From Myxococcota bacterium (GTDB lineage Bacteria > Myxococcota_A > UBA9160 > UBA6930): DNA of 63,532 nt. The notes under the pieces were generated by a model. That model worked only from the letters and a program-made list of their open reading frames with translations, did not search any database and had not been told where the DNA came from. Location: positions 1-63,532 of the forward strand of contig JBFIYM010000001.1 of assembly GCA_041605395.1 (NCBI GenBank). Reading direction: 5' to 3'. Of this stretch, positions 19,196-28,405 are shown piece by piece (the first letter of the stretch is position 1; each line of letters starts with the position of its first letter). The translations under genes were made by a program, and so were the position numbers.

Positions 19196-19290
19196 GCCGC
19201 GAGCGTAGACGCTCGCGCTGCGACCCGCCCGAACGGCGCCCGGCGAAGAAGGTGGTTGGCGCCGGCGCGGCCCGCACGCAGGGTGGCCGG

Positions 19291-20076
19291 ATGGACCCCC
19301 GACTGATCGGCGACGGCGCCGCGATGGCGGCGGTGCGGCAGCAGATCGCCCGGCTCGCAGACCTGCCGAGCACCGTGCTGATCCTGGGGGAGACCGGGAC
19401 GGGCAAGACGCTCGCGGCCCGCGCGCTCCACGCCGCCGGCCGTCGGGCGCACCATCCCTTCGTGCACACCGACTGCGCGGGGCTTCCCGAGTCCCTGTTC
19501 GAGAGCGAGCTGTTCGGGCACGCGCGAGGCGCCTTCACGGGCGCGGTCGGGGCGCGGGCGGGGCGCGTCGAACGGGCGGGGGAGGGCACGCTCTTCCTCG
19601 ACGAGATCGGGGAGCTGCCGCTCCGGCTCCAGTCCAGGCTGCTGCGCCTGCTCCACGAACGCTGCTTCGAACGCCTCGGCAGCGCGAGTCCACGCCCGTT
19701 CCGGGGCCGCATCGTGGCGGCGACGAATCAGGACCTCGCCGCTGCGGTCCGCGCCGGCCGTTTCCGTCGCGATCTGTGGTTCCGGCTCGACGTGCTGCGC
19801 CTCGAGCTACCGCCACTCCGCGAGCACCGGGGTGACGTTCCGGACCTCGCCGCCGCCCTGCTGCGCCGGATCGCCGTGCGGCTCGGCCTCCCCTGTCCTC
19901 CGCTCGAGCCCGGCTTCGTGGCGCGACTCGTGGCCCACCCCTGGCCGGGCAACGTGCGCGAGCTCGAGAACGAGCTCGAGCGCTGGCTGGTCCGCCGCGC
20001 CCCCCCGGCACCCCGGCGGGCCTGTGAGCTCCGCGGGGACGTTCATCGAGACGTCGATTCTGCGTCGCCTAGTTGA
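19291..20076 (+). CDS. Sigma-54 interaction (AAA+) domain protein: bacterial enhancer-binding protein core without sensory or DNA-binding domain
   Basis: Walker A GETGTGKT, GAFTGA loop (ARGAFTGAV), Walker B LFLDEIGEL and GNVRELEN. The protein begins at the AAA+ domain and ends about 30 aa after GNVRELEN, with no Fis-type HTH. Confidence 0.85.
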   Translation: MDPRLIGDGAAMAAVRQQIARLADLPSTVLILGETGTGKTLAARALHAAGRRAHHPFVHTDCAGLPESLFESELFGHARGAFTGAVGARAGRVERAGEGTLFLDEIGELPLRLQSRLLRLLHERCFERLGSASPRPFRGRIVAATNQDLAAAVRAGRFRRDLWFRLDVLRLELPPLREHRGDVPDLAAALLRRIAVRLGLPCPPLEPGFVARLVAHPWPGNVRELENELERWLVRRAPPAPRRACELRGDVHRDVDSASPS

Positions 20077-20233
20077 TTGCGCCGAACCGCGCGGGCACGC
20101 GCGTGCGAGGGGCCCTCCGCCTACGTCATTCCGCCAATGGAGCCTGCCCGGGCCCGGCCGTACCCACGAAACATGGCCCGAGCGAGCGATCCACGGGGGC
20201 GAGCCGCCCGGGCAGACACCAAGGAGAGTCGAG

Positions 20234-21295
20234 ATGACATCCGGAAGTACGGTACGAAACGAGTTGCAGGGTGGGGCAGGGGCAAGCTTCGCCCGGTGGG
20301 GGGGCGTGCTGGCGGGCGCCCTTTTCATGATCGCGGCCGGCCCGAGCGCGGCCGGGGCGGGCGTGTGCTCCGACACGGCCTCCCTCCAGTTCGCTGCCTG
20401 CAAGGCGGAGGTCAAGGACGACTACCTCGGGGCCCGCGCGATCTGTCTGAACACGACGGACGACGCGGAGCACGAGGCCTGCGTCGAGGAGGCGGACGAG
20501 GCCCGCAGCGAGGACACGGAGGGATGCAGGGAGCAGCGCGCCGCACGCCGCGAGCTGTGTGACGCGCTCGGCGAGGCGGCCTACGACCCCGACGTCGACC
20601 CGGCCCAGTTCGAGGACCCGCGCAGCCCCGCGCTGCTCAACTCGCACCTGCCGCTCGCCGTCGGCAACCGCTGGACGCACGAGGGTGGCGGCGAGACGGT
20701 GGTCGTCGAGGTGCTAGACGAGACGAAGCACATCGAGGGCGTCGACTGTCTCGTGGTGCGCGACCGCGTCTTCGAGGACGGCGAGCTGGTCGAGGACACG
20801 GACGACTGGTTCGGTCTCCGCATCAACGGCGACGTCTGGTACTTCGGCGAGGAGGTGAAGGACTTCGAGTTCTTCGAGGGCGACGACCCCGAGGTGCCGG
20901 AGCTGGTCAGCATCGACGGCTCCTTCAAGGCGGGCCGCGATGGGGACAAGGCGGGCACCCTGATCCGCAACGCGCCGCAGGTGGGTGACTCCTATCGCCA
21001 GGAGTGGTCGGCGGGCAACGCCGAGGACGCCGCCCGGGTGGTCTCGACGAGCTACGGCTACGGGAACGACCCGGAGCTCGACGCCTTCGTGCCGCAGGCA
21101 CTCGCCGAGCTGCTCTGCAACGACGATTGCTGGGTCAACGCCGAGTTCACGCCCCTCGAGCCCGACGCCTTCGAGCTCAAGTACTATGCGCCCGGCATCG
21201 GCCGCTTCCTGGAGGTGAGCCCCGAGGACGGGAGCATCGTCCAGCTCGTCGATTGCAACTTCGACGCGCGCTGCGCGGCGTTGCCGATCCCCTGA
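20234..21295 (+). CDS. Hypothetical secreted protein, Cys-rich N-terminal region
   Basis: AAGGAG Shine-Dalgarno upstream of ATG 20234. Signal-like GVLAGALFMIAAGPSAAGA. Acidic and non-repetitive. I do not recognise a family. Confidence 0.6.
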   Translation: MTSGSTVRNELQGGAGASFARWGGVLAGALFMIAAGPSAAGAGVCSDTASLQFAACKAEVKDDYLGARAICLNTTDDAEHEACVEEADEARSEDTEGCREQRAARRELCDALGEAAYDPDVDPAQFEDPRSPALLNSHLPLAVGNRWTHEGGGETVVVEVLDETKHIEGVDCLVVRDRVFEDGELVEDTDDWFGLRINGDVWYFGEEVKDFEFFEGDDPEVPELVSIDGSFKAGRDGDKAGTLIRNAPQVGDSYRQEWSAGNAEDAARVVSTSYGYGNDPELDAFVPQALAELLCNDDCWVNAEFTPLEPDAFELKYYAPGIGRFLEVSPEDGSIVQLVDCNFDARCAALPIP

Positions 21296-21382
21296 CGCTG
21301 CGTTCCGCTAGGGTCGATGCATCCCCGCCCGGCGGCGCGCCCGCCCGCCGGGCGGGCGATGCCCGCTGCGGAGGAGAACGAC

Positions 21383-21919
21383 ATGGGCGATCTGATCGAT
21401 CGACGCACCCGCATCTGGGCGGTCGTCGCACTGATCGCGGGTGTGGGCCTGCTGCTCGGCATCGAGATGTTCGAGGAGCCGGACGCCACGGCCGTCGACC
21501 TGCTGCTCGAGCTGGTCGACATCACCCCGATCGTACTCACCAGCGTGGGCGTGGCGCTGTTGTTCCGCGTCACCCACAAGCAGCGCGAGGAGCACGTGCG
21601 CGTGATCCGCGACCTCGAGCTGGCGCGGGCCCAGGGGCAGCGCTGGCGCACGGAGGCGCGCAGCTATCTGGACGGCCTCGGCGAGGCGATGGAGAAGCAG
21701 TTCTCGCGTTGGAACCTGACCGAGGCGGAGCGCGAGGTCGCGCTGCTGCTGCTGAAGGGCCTCACCCACCAGGAGGTCGCGGCGGTGCGCAACGTGAGCG
21801 AACGCACCGTGCGCGAGCAGTCGCGCGCGATCTACTCGAAGAGCGGCTTGAGTGGCCGGGTGGCGCTCTCCGCCTTCTTCCTCGAGGACCTGCTCGCGCC
21901 GGTCGAGGGCGTCGGCTAG
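21383..21919 (+). CDS. Membrane-anchored LuxR/FixJ-type HTH transcriptional regulator
   Basis: GGAGGAG Shine-Dalgarno before ATG 21383. Two TM helices, a coiled coil, then LTEAEREVALLLLKGLTHQEVAAVRNVSERTVREQSRAIYSKSG (GerE/LuxR HTH). Confidence 0.7.
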   Translation: MGDLIDRRTRIWAVVALIAGVGLLLGIEMFEEPDATAVDLLLELVDITPIVLTSVGVALLFRVTHKQREEHVRVIRDLELARAQGQRWRTEARSYLDGLGEAMEKQFSRWNLTEAEREVALLLLKGLTHQEVAAVRNVSERTVREQSRAIYSKSGLSGRVALSAFFLEDLLAPVEGVG

Positions 21920-22788
21920 CGGCGCTCGGGTCCGCGCGCGGCGGCGCGTCGCAGCCCGCGGTAGAGCCGGGCCAGGTCGTCGAGCTGGTAGTGGGCGTTG
22001 AGCCCGCTCGGGTTGGGCAGCACCCAGAGCGGACGCCCGGCGATCGGCTCGGGCTGGCGCCCGAGCCGCGCGCGCGGCTGGGCGAAGGCCTGCCGGTAGG
22101 CGTCGATCCCGAGCACGGCCACCAGGCGCGGCTTCCGGCGGCGCACCTTGGCGACGAGACGGCGCCGGCCCGCCGCGAGCTCCTCGCGGCCCAGCTCCGC
22201 GGCCGTGGCGGTGGCACGGGCCACGAGGTTGGTGATGCCCACCCCGTGGTCGAGCAGCAGGCGCTGCTCCGCCGGCGCGAACGCGCGCGGCGTGAAGCCG
22301 GCCCGATGCAGCGTGGGCCAGAAGCGGTTCCCCGGCCGGGCGAAGTGCTGGCCGGTCGCGGCCGAGTAGAGGCTCGGGTTGATGCCACAGAACAGCACGC
22401 AGAGGCCGTTCGCGATCACGTCGGGGATGCGCCGCCCACGCGCCGCCCGCAGCGCCGCCGCGCTCGGTCGCGCGGGCGTCCGGGCCCCCGGCTGCCAGCC
22501 GTAGCGCGCGAGGGGGACCCGACCGAGGGCGTCGAAGACGACGCCCTCGCGCTCGAGCAGCAGGCGCTGGACGTCCTCGCCCCCAGGCACCCGGCGTGGA
22601 CTCACCTCGCCGCGTGCGTTGAGGACGCGCTGCCACGGCACGTCGCTCTCGCCGCGCAGCGCGGCCAGCGCGTAGCCGACCTGCCGCGCGTGCCCCGGCA
22701 GGCCCGCCAGCCGCGCGATCTGGCCGTAGCTCGCGACCCGGCCCCGCGGTATGCGGCGGACCACGTCGTAGATGCGGGCATGGCTCAT
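21916..22788 (-). CDS. Fusion protein: alkyltransferase-like (ATL, Cys-less MGMT DNA-binding domain) + G:T/U mismatch-specific DNA glycosylase (Mug/TDG family)
   Basis: The N-terminus is collinear with E. coli Atl/YbaZ (YGQIARLAG.PGHARQVG, VPWQRV in place of PCHR, ARYGW). The C-terminus is collinear with E. coli Mug (VLFCGINPSLYSA..GQHFARPGNRFW, VLPNPSGLN). Confidence 0.8.
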   Translation of the reverse strand: MSHARIYDVVRRIPRGRVASYGQIARLAGLPGHARQVGYALAALRGESDVPWQRVLNARGEVSPRRVPGGEDVQRLLLEREGVVFDALGRVPLARYGWQPGARTPARPSAAALRAARGRRIPDVIANGLCVLFCGINPSLYSAATGQHFARPGNRFWPTLHRAGFTPRAFAPAEQRLLLDHGVGITNLVARATATAAELGREELAAGRRRLVAKVRRRKPRLVAVLGIDAYRQAFAQPRARLGRQPEPIAGRPLWVLPNPSGLNAHYQLDDLARLYRGLRRAAARGPERR

Positions 22789-22816
22789 CCGGGGCCGTCG
22801 CCGAGCATGCGGCGCA

Positions 22817-23353
22817 TCACGACGCGGGGCCGTCGTCGAGGCCGCGGCGCATCACGACGCGCTTCTCCGGGTCGAGGCCCCGCGCGGCCTCGTCGCGCAC
22901 GACCGCCGCGAGGGCCGGCGGGATCTCGTCGCGGGCCAGGGCCCGGAACCCCGCCCGCTCGTAGAAGGGCGCGTTCCAGGCGAGATCGCGGAACGTCGTG
23001 AGGGTGAGCGCCGTGTGCCCCGCGCTCCGACCCCAGGCGAAGACGGCCTCGAGCAGCGCACGGCCGAGGCCGCGGCGTCCGTAGCGGGGCATCACGTCCA
23101 TTTCCTCGAGGTGGGGCTGCCCGTCGAGGAGCTCGACCAGCGCGAACCCCACGGGCTCGCCTCCCGGCGCACGCGCGACGAAGAGCCGACCCGCCGCCTG
23201 GGCCTCGGCGAACTCGTCGGGGTGCGTGAAGTCCTCGTCCACGGCCGGAAGCAGTCCGGTGCCTTCGAACAGCGCGTTCGCGGCCCGCTCGATCGCGGGC
23301 AGCGCGGCCAGGTCGTCCGCGCGCGCCCGCTCGATGCGAAAGCCTCCCTTCAC
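22817..23353 (-). CDS. GNAT family N-acetyltransferase
   Basis: The acetyl-CoA motif RRGLGRALLEAV lies in a GNAT fold. The GTG at 23353 overlaps the upstream stop (GTGA). Confidence 0.8.
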   Translation of the reverse strand: MKGGFRIERARADDLAALPAIERAANALFEGTGLLPAVDEDFTHPDEFAEAQAAGRLFVARAPGGEPVGFALVELLDGQPHLEEMDVMPRYGRRGLGRALLEAVFAWGRSAGHTALTLTTFRDLAWNAPFYERAGFRALARDEIPPALAAVVRDEAARGLDPEKRVVMRRGLDDGPAS

Positions 23354-24129
23354 GCGGGCTTCGTGACGGGGATGCGCTGCACGCACATCATGCGCGGCCG
23401 GCTTCCGCAGTTGGGCGCCCCGGCGTGGAGCAGCCAGGGATGGCCGATCACGAGGTCGCCCGCCTCCGCGGCGAGCTCCACGACGCGCACCGGCACGCCT
23501 CGGACCGAGCCGCCCTCCCCGAGGAAGCGCTCGTTGCGCCGGGGGTCCTCCGGCTCCGAGGTGAGCGCCGCCAGCCAGGCGTCGCTCGCGAGGAGGGCGC
23601 GCCGGACGTTCTTCATGCGCCCGAACGACGCGCGCGGGTGCGCCTCCAGGAACCGGGCGACGACGCGCGGCGACCGCTCGATCACCGCGGTCCCGCCGGC
23701 GCCGGGCGGCACGTCGGACACGAAGCTGAACACGAGCGCGCCGACGGGACGCTCGAGCGCACCGACGTAGTCGAAGTCCGTGTGCCAGACCCGGTGTGGC
23801 ACCCGCCAGCTCCCGGGCGTCGGGAAGGTGATCAGGAACCCGCCCCAGTCTCGTGGTCGCCGCCAGCGCCCGGCGCCGAGCACGCGGTCGACGGCCGCGC
23901 AGGTGGTCTCGTTCCCGATCACCGCGGCGCCGAGGTCCTTGAGCTCCTGGAGGCCGAAGACCGGGCCCGCGGGCCAGGTGCCGGGGTCGTCTGCCACGAT
24001 CCCGCGCTTCTTCGCGAGCCAGCGCCAGACGCGCGCCTCCAGCGCCGTGGCGTCCTCGCGCGAGAACGCGGCCGGGATCCGGACGAAGCCGCGGTCGGTG
24101 AACGCCGCGATCTGCTCGGCCGTGAGCAT
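23350..24129 (-). CDS. Phytanoyl-CoA dioxygenase (PhyH) family / Fe(II)-2OG oxygenase-like protein
   Basis: MLTAEQIAAFTDRGFVRIP opening, HTDF (HxD) and a distal HAG histidine. Start at 24129, or 24147 in the track. Confidence 0.7.
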   Translation of the reverse strand: MLTAEQIAAFTDRGFVRIPAAFSREDATALEARVWRWLAKKRGIVADDPGTWPAGPVFGLQELKDLGAAVIGNETTCAAVDRVLGAGRWRRPRDWGGFLITFPTPGSWRVPHRVWHTDFDYVGALERPVGALVFSFVSDVPPGAGGTAVIERSPRVVARFLEAHPRASFGRMKNVRRALLASDAWLAALTSEPEDPRRNERFLGEGGSVRGVPVRVVELAAEAGDLVIGHPWLLHAGAPNCGSRPRMMCVQRIPVTKPA

Positions 24130-24197
24130 CGCCCGATTCTTGCACACGTCCGACGCCCGCGGCGGAGCTCGTGGCGGCCCGGTAGAGTGGGTCCTCC

Positions 24198-24950
24198 GTG
24201 CCCATCCACGCTGTCGTCTTCGACCTCTTCGACACGCTCGTCGACATCCACATGGACCGGCTGCCGCCCATCGAGATCGACGGTCGGCGCTTCCCCTCGA
24301 CTGCCGGCTTTCTCTACGAGCTGCTCCGCGAGCGCGCCGACACCTCGTGGGAGGACTTCACGCGGGCGTTGATCGCGGTCGAGCGCGAGGTGCGGGCGCC
24401 GCGGTTCGAGCAGGGCCGGGAGCTCCCCACGCTCGAGCGCATGCAGGAGATGCTGCGGCGCCTCGAGATCGACGACGGCGCGCTCGCGGAGCGCCTCACC
24501 ACGGAGCACATGCGCCTGCTGCGCGAGCAGGTGACCCACCACCCGCACCACGTCGAGGTGATGGAGCAGCTGCGCGGACGGGTCGCGATCGGGCTCTGCT
24601 CCAACTTCTCCCACTCGCAGACGGCCCTCGCGATCCTCGAGGACGCGGGCCTGCGCTGGCACTTCGACGCGGTGCTGGTCTCGGACGCCACCGGCTGGCG
24701 GAAGCCGCGCCGCGAGATCTTCGACGCCACCTGCGCGCTGCTCGGCGTGCCGCCGGCGGAGACGCTCCACGTCGGCGACCACCTGCGGCTCGACGTCGCC
24801 GGCGGCGGCGCGGCCGGCCTGCGCACCGCCTGGCTGGTACGCAGGATCCAGGACCCGGATGCCGCGCTGCGCGGTCACACCGGGCCGCCGCCCACCCACG
24901 TGATCCGGGATCTCTCCGAGGTGCCGGGCCTGGTCGAGCGCGCGGACTAG
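24198..24950 (+). CDS. HAD family hydrolase (subfamily IA-like)
   Basis: VVFDLFDTLV (DxDxT), SNFS, and K...GD..LD motifs. Confidence 0.8.
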   Translation: MPIHAVVFDLFDTLVDIHMDRLPPIEIDGRRFPSTAGFLYELLRERADTSWEDFTRALIAVEREVRAPRFEQGRELPTLERMQEMLRRLEIDDGALAERLTTEHMRLLREQVTHHPHHVEVMEQLRGRVAIGLCSNFSHSQTALAILEDAGLRWHFDAVLVSDATGWRKPRREIFDATCALLGVPPAETLHVGDHLRLDVAGGGAAGLRTAWLVRRIQDPDAALRGHTGPPPTHVIRDLSEVPGLVERAD

Positions 24951-24957
24951 GGCGGCC

Positions 24958-25821
24958 GTGGAAGGCGCGTTCCGCTGGGTCGACGCGATCGGGCCCCTGA
25001 TCCTGTTCTGGATGATGGGGGTCGTCGGCCTCGAGCTCGTCGTCGACGACTTCCGGCGCGTGGCGCGACGGCCCGGGAGCGTCCTGATCGGGACGCTCGG
25101 CCAGTGGACCCTGCTTCCGCTCGCGGCGCTCGGCGTGATCCACGGCCTCGGGCTCGAAGGGACGACGGCCGCGGGCGTGGTGTTGATCACGGCCGCGCCC
25201 GGTGGCGGCATCTCGAACGTCTTCAGCTACGTGGCGCGCGCCAACACGGCGCTCTCGGTGACGCTCACGGCGGTCTCGTCGCTGGCCGCCGTCGTCACGC
25301 TGCCGCTGATCACCTCGGCCGGCTTCGCGCGGGTGAGCGGAGGCGACCTCGTGCTCGAGGTGCCCGTGTTGCCGATGATCGGGCAGCTCGCGCTCTTCGT
25401 CCTGCTGCCGATCGGGCTCGGCATGGCGGTGCGCGCGCGACGCCCCGCGCTGGCGCTGCGCTGGGCGGGTCGGCTGCGGCGGGGGGTGCTGTTCGCGTTG
25501 GTGTTCTTCCTGGTACTGGCCATCTCCGCGGACGACACCGGCCTCGCCGGCGAGGTCTCCGGGGCCCTGCTCGCGGGCGGGGTCTGGACGCTCGCGGCAG
25601 CGGCGGTCGGCTACGGGGTGGCGCTCGCCTGCCGGCTCGACGCCGTCGACCGCTTCACGTTCATGATCGAGTACTCCGTCAAGAACGTGGGCCTCGCGGC
25701 GATCGTCGCGCTCGCGGGGTTCGGGCAGCCGGAGCTCGCGATCTTCGCCGGCGCCTACGTCGTGGTCGGCTACCCGCTGGCCGCGCTCGCGTGCCTGGCG
25801 TTCCGGCGCCTCCGGGCCTGA
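24958..25821 (+). CDS. Bile acid:sodium symporter (BASS/SBF) family transporter
   Basis: Polytopic. APGGGISNVFSY-type signature and overall SBF-like pattern. Confidence 0.8.
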   Translation: MEGAFRWVDAIGPLILFWMMGVVGLELVVDDFRRVARRPGSVLIGTLGQWTLLPLAALGVIHGLGLEGTTAAGVVLITAAPGGGISNVFSYVARANTALSVTLTAVSSLAAVVTLPLITSAGFARVSGGDLVLEVPVLPMIGQLALFVLLPIGLGMAVRARRPALALRWAGRLRRGVLFALVFFLVLAISADDTGLAGEVSGALLAGGVWTLAAAAVGYGVALACRLDAVDRFTFMIEYSVKNVGLAAIVALAGFGQPELAIFAGAYVVVGYPLAALACLAFRRLRA

Positions 25822-25872
25822 GCGGGCGTCCATTCGCTCGGACCCCCCTTTGCCGCGGGTGTAGAATCGGGC

Positions 25873-27546
25873 GTGTCCAGCGCCTCGCCCAGCGCGTCCG
25901 CTGCCGGGCCCCGGCCGCCCTGGCTCTTCGGTCCCGGGCCCGACCTCCTGCTCGGCTGCGGCCTGCTCTATGCGCTGGCGTTCGGCGCCTTCCTCGTGCT
26001 GGGCCCCGAGATCCGCACGGGCCAGCCCCCGATCCTGTTCCCGCTCCTGATCCTCGTGCTCGGTGTGCCCCACTATGGCGCCACGCTGCTTCGCGTCTAC
26101 GAGCGGCGCAGCCAGCGCCGCGCGTACGTGGTCTTCTCGCTCTGGACGACGCTCCTGATCGTCGCCCTGTTCCTGGCGAGCCTCCGCATGCCGCTGCTCG
26201 CGAGCGGGATGGTCACGGTCTACCTGACCTGGAGCCCCTGGCACTATACGGGGCAGAACTACGGGATCGCCGTGATGTTCCTGCGGCGCGGCGGCGTGGC
26301 GCTCGACGCGGTCACGAAGCGCTGGCTCTACGCATCGTTCCTGCTGTCGTTCGTGCTCGTCTTCCTGCACATGCACACCGACACGATCCGCGTGAACGAT
26401 CTCCCGCTCGGCTACACCGGCGAGAGCGGCCCGACCTTCGTGCCACTCGGAATTCCGCTGCCGCTTGCGATCCAGGCCGCCGTTCCCCTCACGATCGCCT
26501 ACCTCGGCGCGCTCGGCGTGACGGCGCTTCGGCTGCGCCGCCGAGGTGCGTGGCGCATGCTCGCGCCGGGCCTGCTGCTCGCGACGAGCCAGCTGCTCTG
26601 GTTCTCGCTGCCCTATGGGCTCCACATGCTCGGCTTCAAGCCCGGCTTCGACCCCCTCGACTGGAGGTTCCGCACCCACTACTTCACGTGGGTCGCGGTG
26701 GCGCACTTCGTCCAGTACCTGTGGGTGACCGCGTACTACGCGCAACGTTCCGGCTCACGGGGCGGACACGCCGGGTTCTACGCCAAGGCCCTGCTCGCCG
26801 GCGCGGCGCCCTGGACGCTCCCGTTCCTGCTGCTCGGTCCCCAGGCGCTGGGCCCGCTCTCCGCCGATGCCGGCCTGGCCCTGCTGGTGGCCGCCGCGGT
26901 GAACATCCACCACTTCGTGCTCGACGGGGCGATCTGGAAGCTCAAGGGGCGCATCGCGGAGGTTTTGATCCGCAGTGGATCGGATCTCGACGAGCCCGGC
27001 CCCGCCCGACGCTTCGGCCTGCGTCACGTCGCGTGGGCGGCGTGCGTGCTGGCGCTCGCCGTCCACGTGGGCAAGCTCGCGAACGAGCAGGGCTTCCGGC
27101 GGAGCCTCGAAGCCGGCGATCTCCGCGCGGCCCGTCGGGCGAACGATCGCCTCGCGCTCGTGGGCTTCGATCGCGGCTCCTATCGGCTGGCGCTGGGCCG
27201 GGCACTGGTCGAGGCCGACCGGCCCGCCGAGGCGCACGACCAGCTGGTGCGCAGCATCGAGCTGGCGCCGAGCGGGATCGCGCACCTGGCACTCGCGCGG
27301 AGCTTCCAGCAGCAGCGCCTCTGGGGTCGGGCCGCGGCCTCGTACGAGGCAGCGATCGAGCTGGGGCTGCCCCCCGACGATGCGCTCGGTGCGCTCGGCC
27401 TGGCCGCGAACGCGTGGCTGGAGGCCGGCCGGCCGGAGCGCGCGCTCGTGCTGCTGCAGCGGTCGGAGAGCCGGGACCCGCGCATCCTCGCCCTCGTCGA
27501 GCGCGCGCGAGCCGAGAGCGCTGCCGAGGAGCCGCCGGGCCCGTAA
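25873..27546 (+). CDS. Hypothetical polytopic membrane protein with C-terminal TPR-like domain
   Basis: About 10 TM segments with conserved-looking His motifs (VPHYGATLLRVY, SPWHYTGQNYG, AHFVQYLW, NIHHFVLDGAIWK), followed by about 170 aa of TPR-like helical repeats. Confidence 0.6.
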   Translation: MSSASPSASAAGPRPPWLFGPGPDLLLGCGLLYALAFGAFLVLGPEIRTGQPPILFPLLILVLGVPHYGATLLRVYERRSQRRAYVVFSLWTTLLIVALFLASLRMPLLASGMVTVYLTWSPWHYTGQNYGIAVMFLRRGGVALDAVTKRWLYASFLLSFVLVFLHMHTDTIRVNDLPLGYTGESGPTFVPLGIPLPLAIQAAVPLTIAYLGALGVTALRLRRRGAWRMLAPGLLLATSQLLWFSLPYGLHMLGFKPGFDPLDWRFRTHYFTWVAVAHFVQYLWVTAYYAQRSGSRGGHAGFYAKALLAGAAPWTLPFLLLGPQALGPLSADAGLALLVAAAVNIHHFVLDGAIWKLKGRIAEVLIRSGSDLDEPGPARRFGLRHVAWAACVLALAVHVGKLANEQGFRRSLEAGDLRAARRANDRLALVGFDRGSYRLALGRALVEADRPAEAHDQLVRSIELAPSGIAHLALARSFQQQRLWGRAAASYEAAIELGLPPDDALGALGLAANAWLEAGRPERALVLLQRSESRDPRILALVERARAESAAEEPPGP

Positions 27547-27568
27547 CCCGGCACGCCGCATGAGCTCG

Positions 27569-28339
27569 TCAGCGGCCCTTCCAGCGCGGCGGCCGCTTCT
27601 CCGCGAACGCCTTCGGCCCCTCGACGAAGTCCTCGCTCTTGACCATGCGGCGCAGCTCCTCGTAGGAAGCGCCCATCGCCTCGCGCAGCCCGCTCTCGAG
27701 CCCCTGGTAGGCCGCCTGCTTGCTGGCACGCACCGAGAGGGGGGCGCACTCGAGGATCTGCGCGGCCCACCGCTTGGCGCCGGCGAGTGCCTCGCCCTTC
27801 GGCACCACCTCGTTCACGAAGCCGAGCTGCTGGCCCTCGGCGGCCGAGACGCGCCGCCCGGTGAGCAGCATGCCCATCGCGTTCTTGAGGCCGATCTGCC
27901 GGGGCAGGCGGTGGATCCCGCCGGCGAGCGCGGCCAGGCCGACCCGCGGCTCCGGCAGGGCGAAGCTGGCGTCCTCGCTGGCGATGATCAGGTCGCAGGC
28001 GAGCGCGATCTCGAAGCCGCCGCCCATGGCGACGCCGTTCACCGCGGCGATCACGGGCTTCCGCAGGTCGAAGCGGTTCGTGAGCCCGGCGAAGCCGGTC
28101 GGGGGCTGTCCGCTCATGTCGCCGCCGCTGGCCTGGTGCTTGAGGTCGTTTCCGGCGCAGAAGCCGCGCCCGCTGCCCGTCAGGATGGCCACCCAGAGCT
28201 CCGGATCGGCGGCGAAATCGTCGAAGACCTGCGCCAGCTCGCGGTTGGCGGGGGGGTGCAGGCTGTTCAGCACCTCCGGGCGGCTGAGGGTGACGACGAG
28301 CAGGTGCCCGTCTCGTTCGATCTTCGAGAATTCGGCCAT
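27569..28339 (-). CDS. Enoyl-CoA hydratase/isomerase (crotonase) family protein
   Basis: MAEFSKIERDGHLLVVTLSRPEVLNS, GRGFCAGNDL and NGVAMGGGFE. ATG at 28339. Confidence 0.9.
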   Translation of the reverse strand: MAEFSKIERDGHLLVVTLSRPEVLNSLHPPANRELAQVFDDFAADPELWVAILTGSGRGFCAGNDLKHQASGGDMSGQPPTGFAGLTNRFDLRKPVIAAVNGVAMGGGFEIALACDLIIASEDASFALPEPRVGLAALAGGIHRLPRQIGLKNAMGMLLTGRRVSAAEGQQLGFVNEVVPKGEALAGAKRWAAQILECAPLSVRASKQAAYQGLESGLREAMGASYEELRRMVKSEDFVEGPKAFAEKRPPRWKGR

Positions 28340-28405
28340 GCGATCGCTCCCGGGCTCAGTGTAGACTCGATGCGTGGCATCCGCGCCACCGTCCGAGGAG
28401 GAACC

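Noticed and set aside
19198-19215. Hairpin gcgagcg-taga-cgctcgc between the GFA gene and the sigma-54 activator gene
   Set aside because: The 7-bp GC stem lies in a divergent promoter region with no further supporting features. Such palindromes are frequent in this GC-rich DNA.
20077-20233. Sigma-54 (-24/-12) promoter downstream of the activator gene
   Set aside because: The only GG...GC candidates (tggagcctgcccgggc and tggcccgagcgagcg) have the wrong GG-to-GC spacing by 1 nt and lack the TTGC core.
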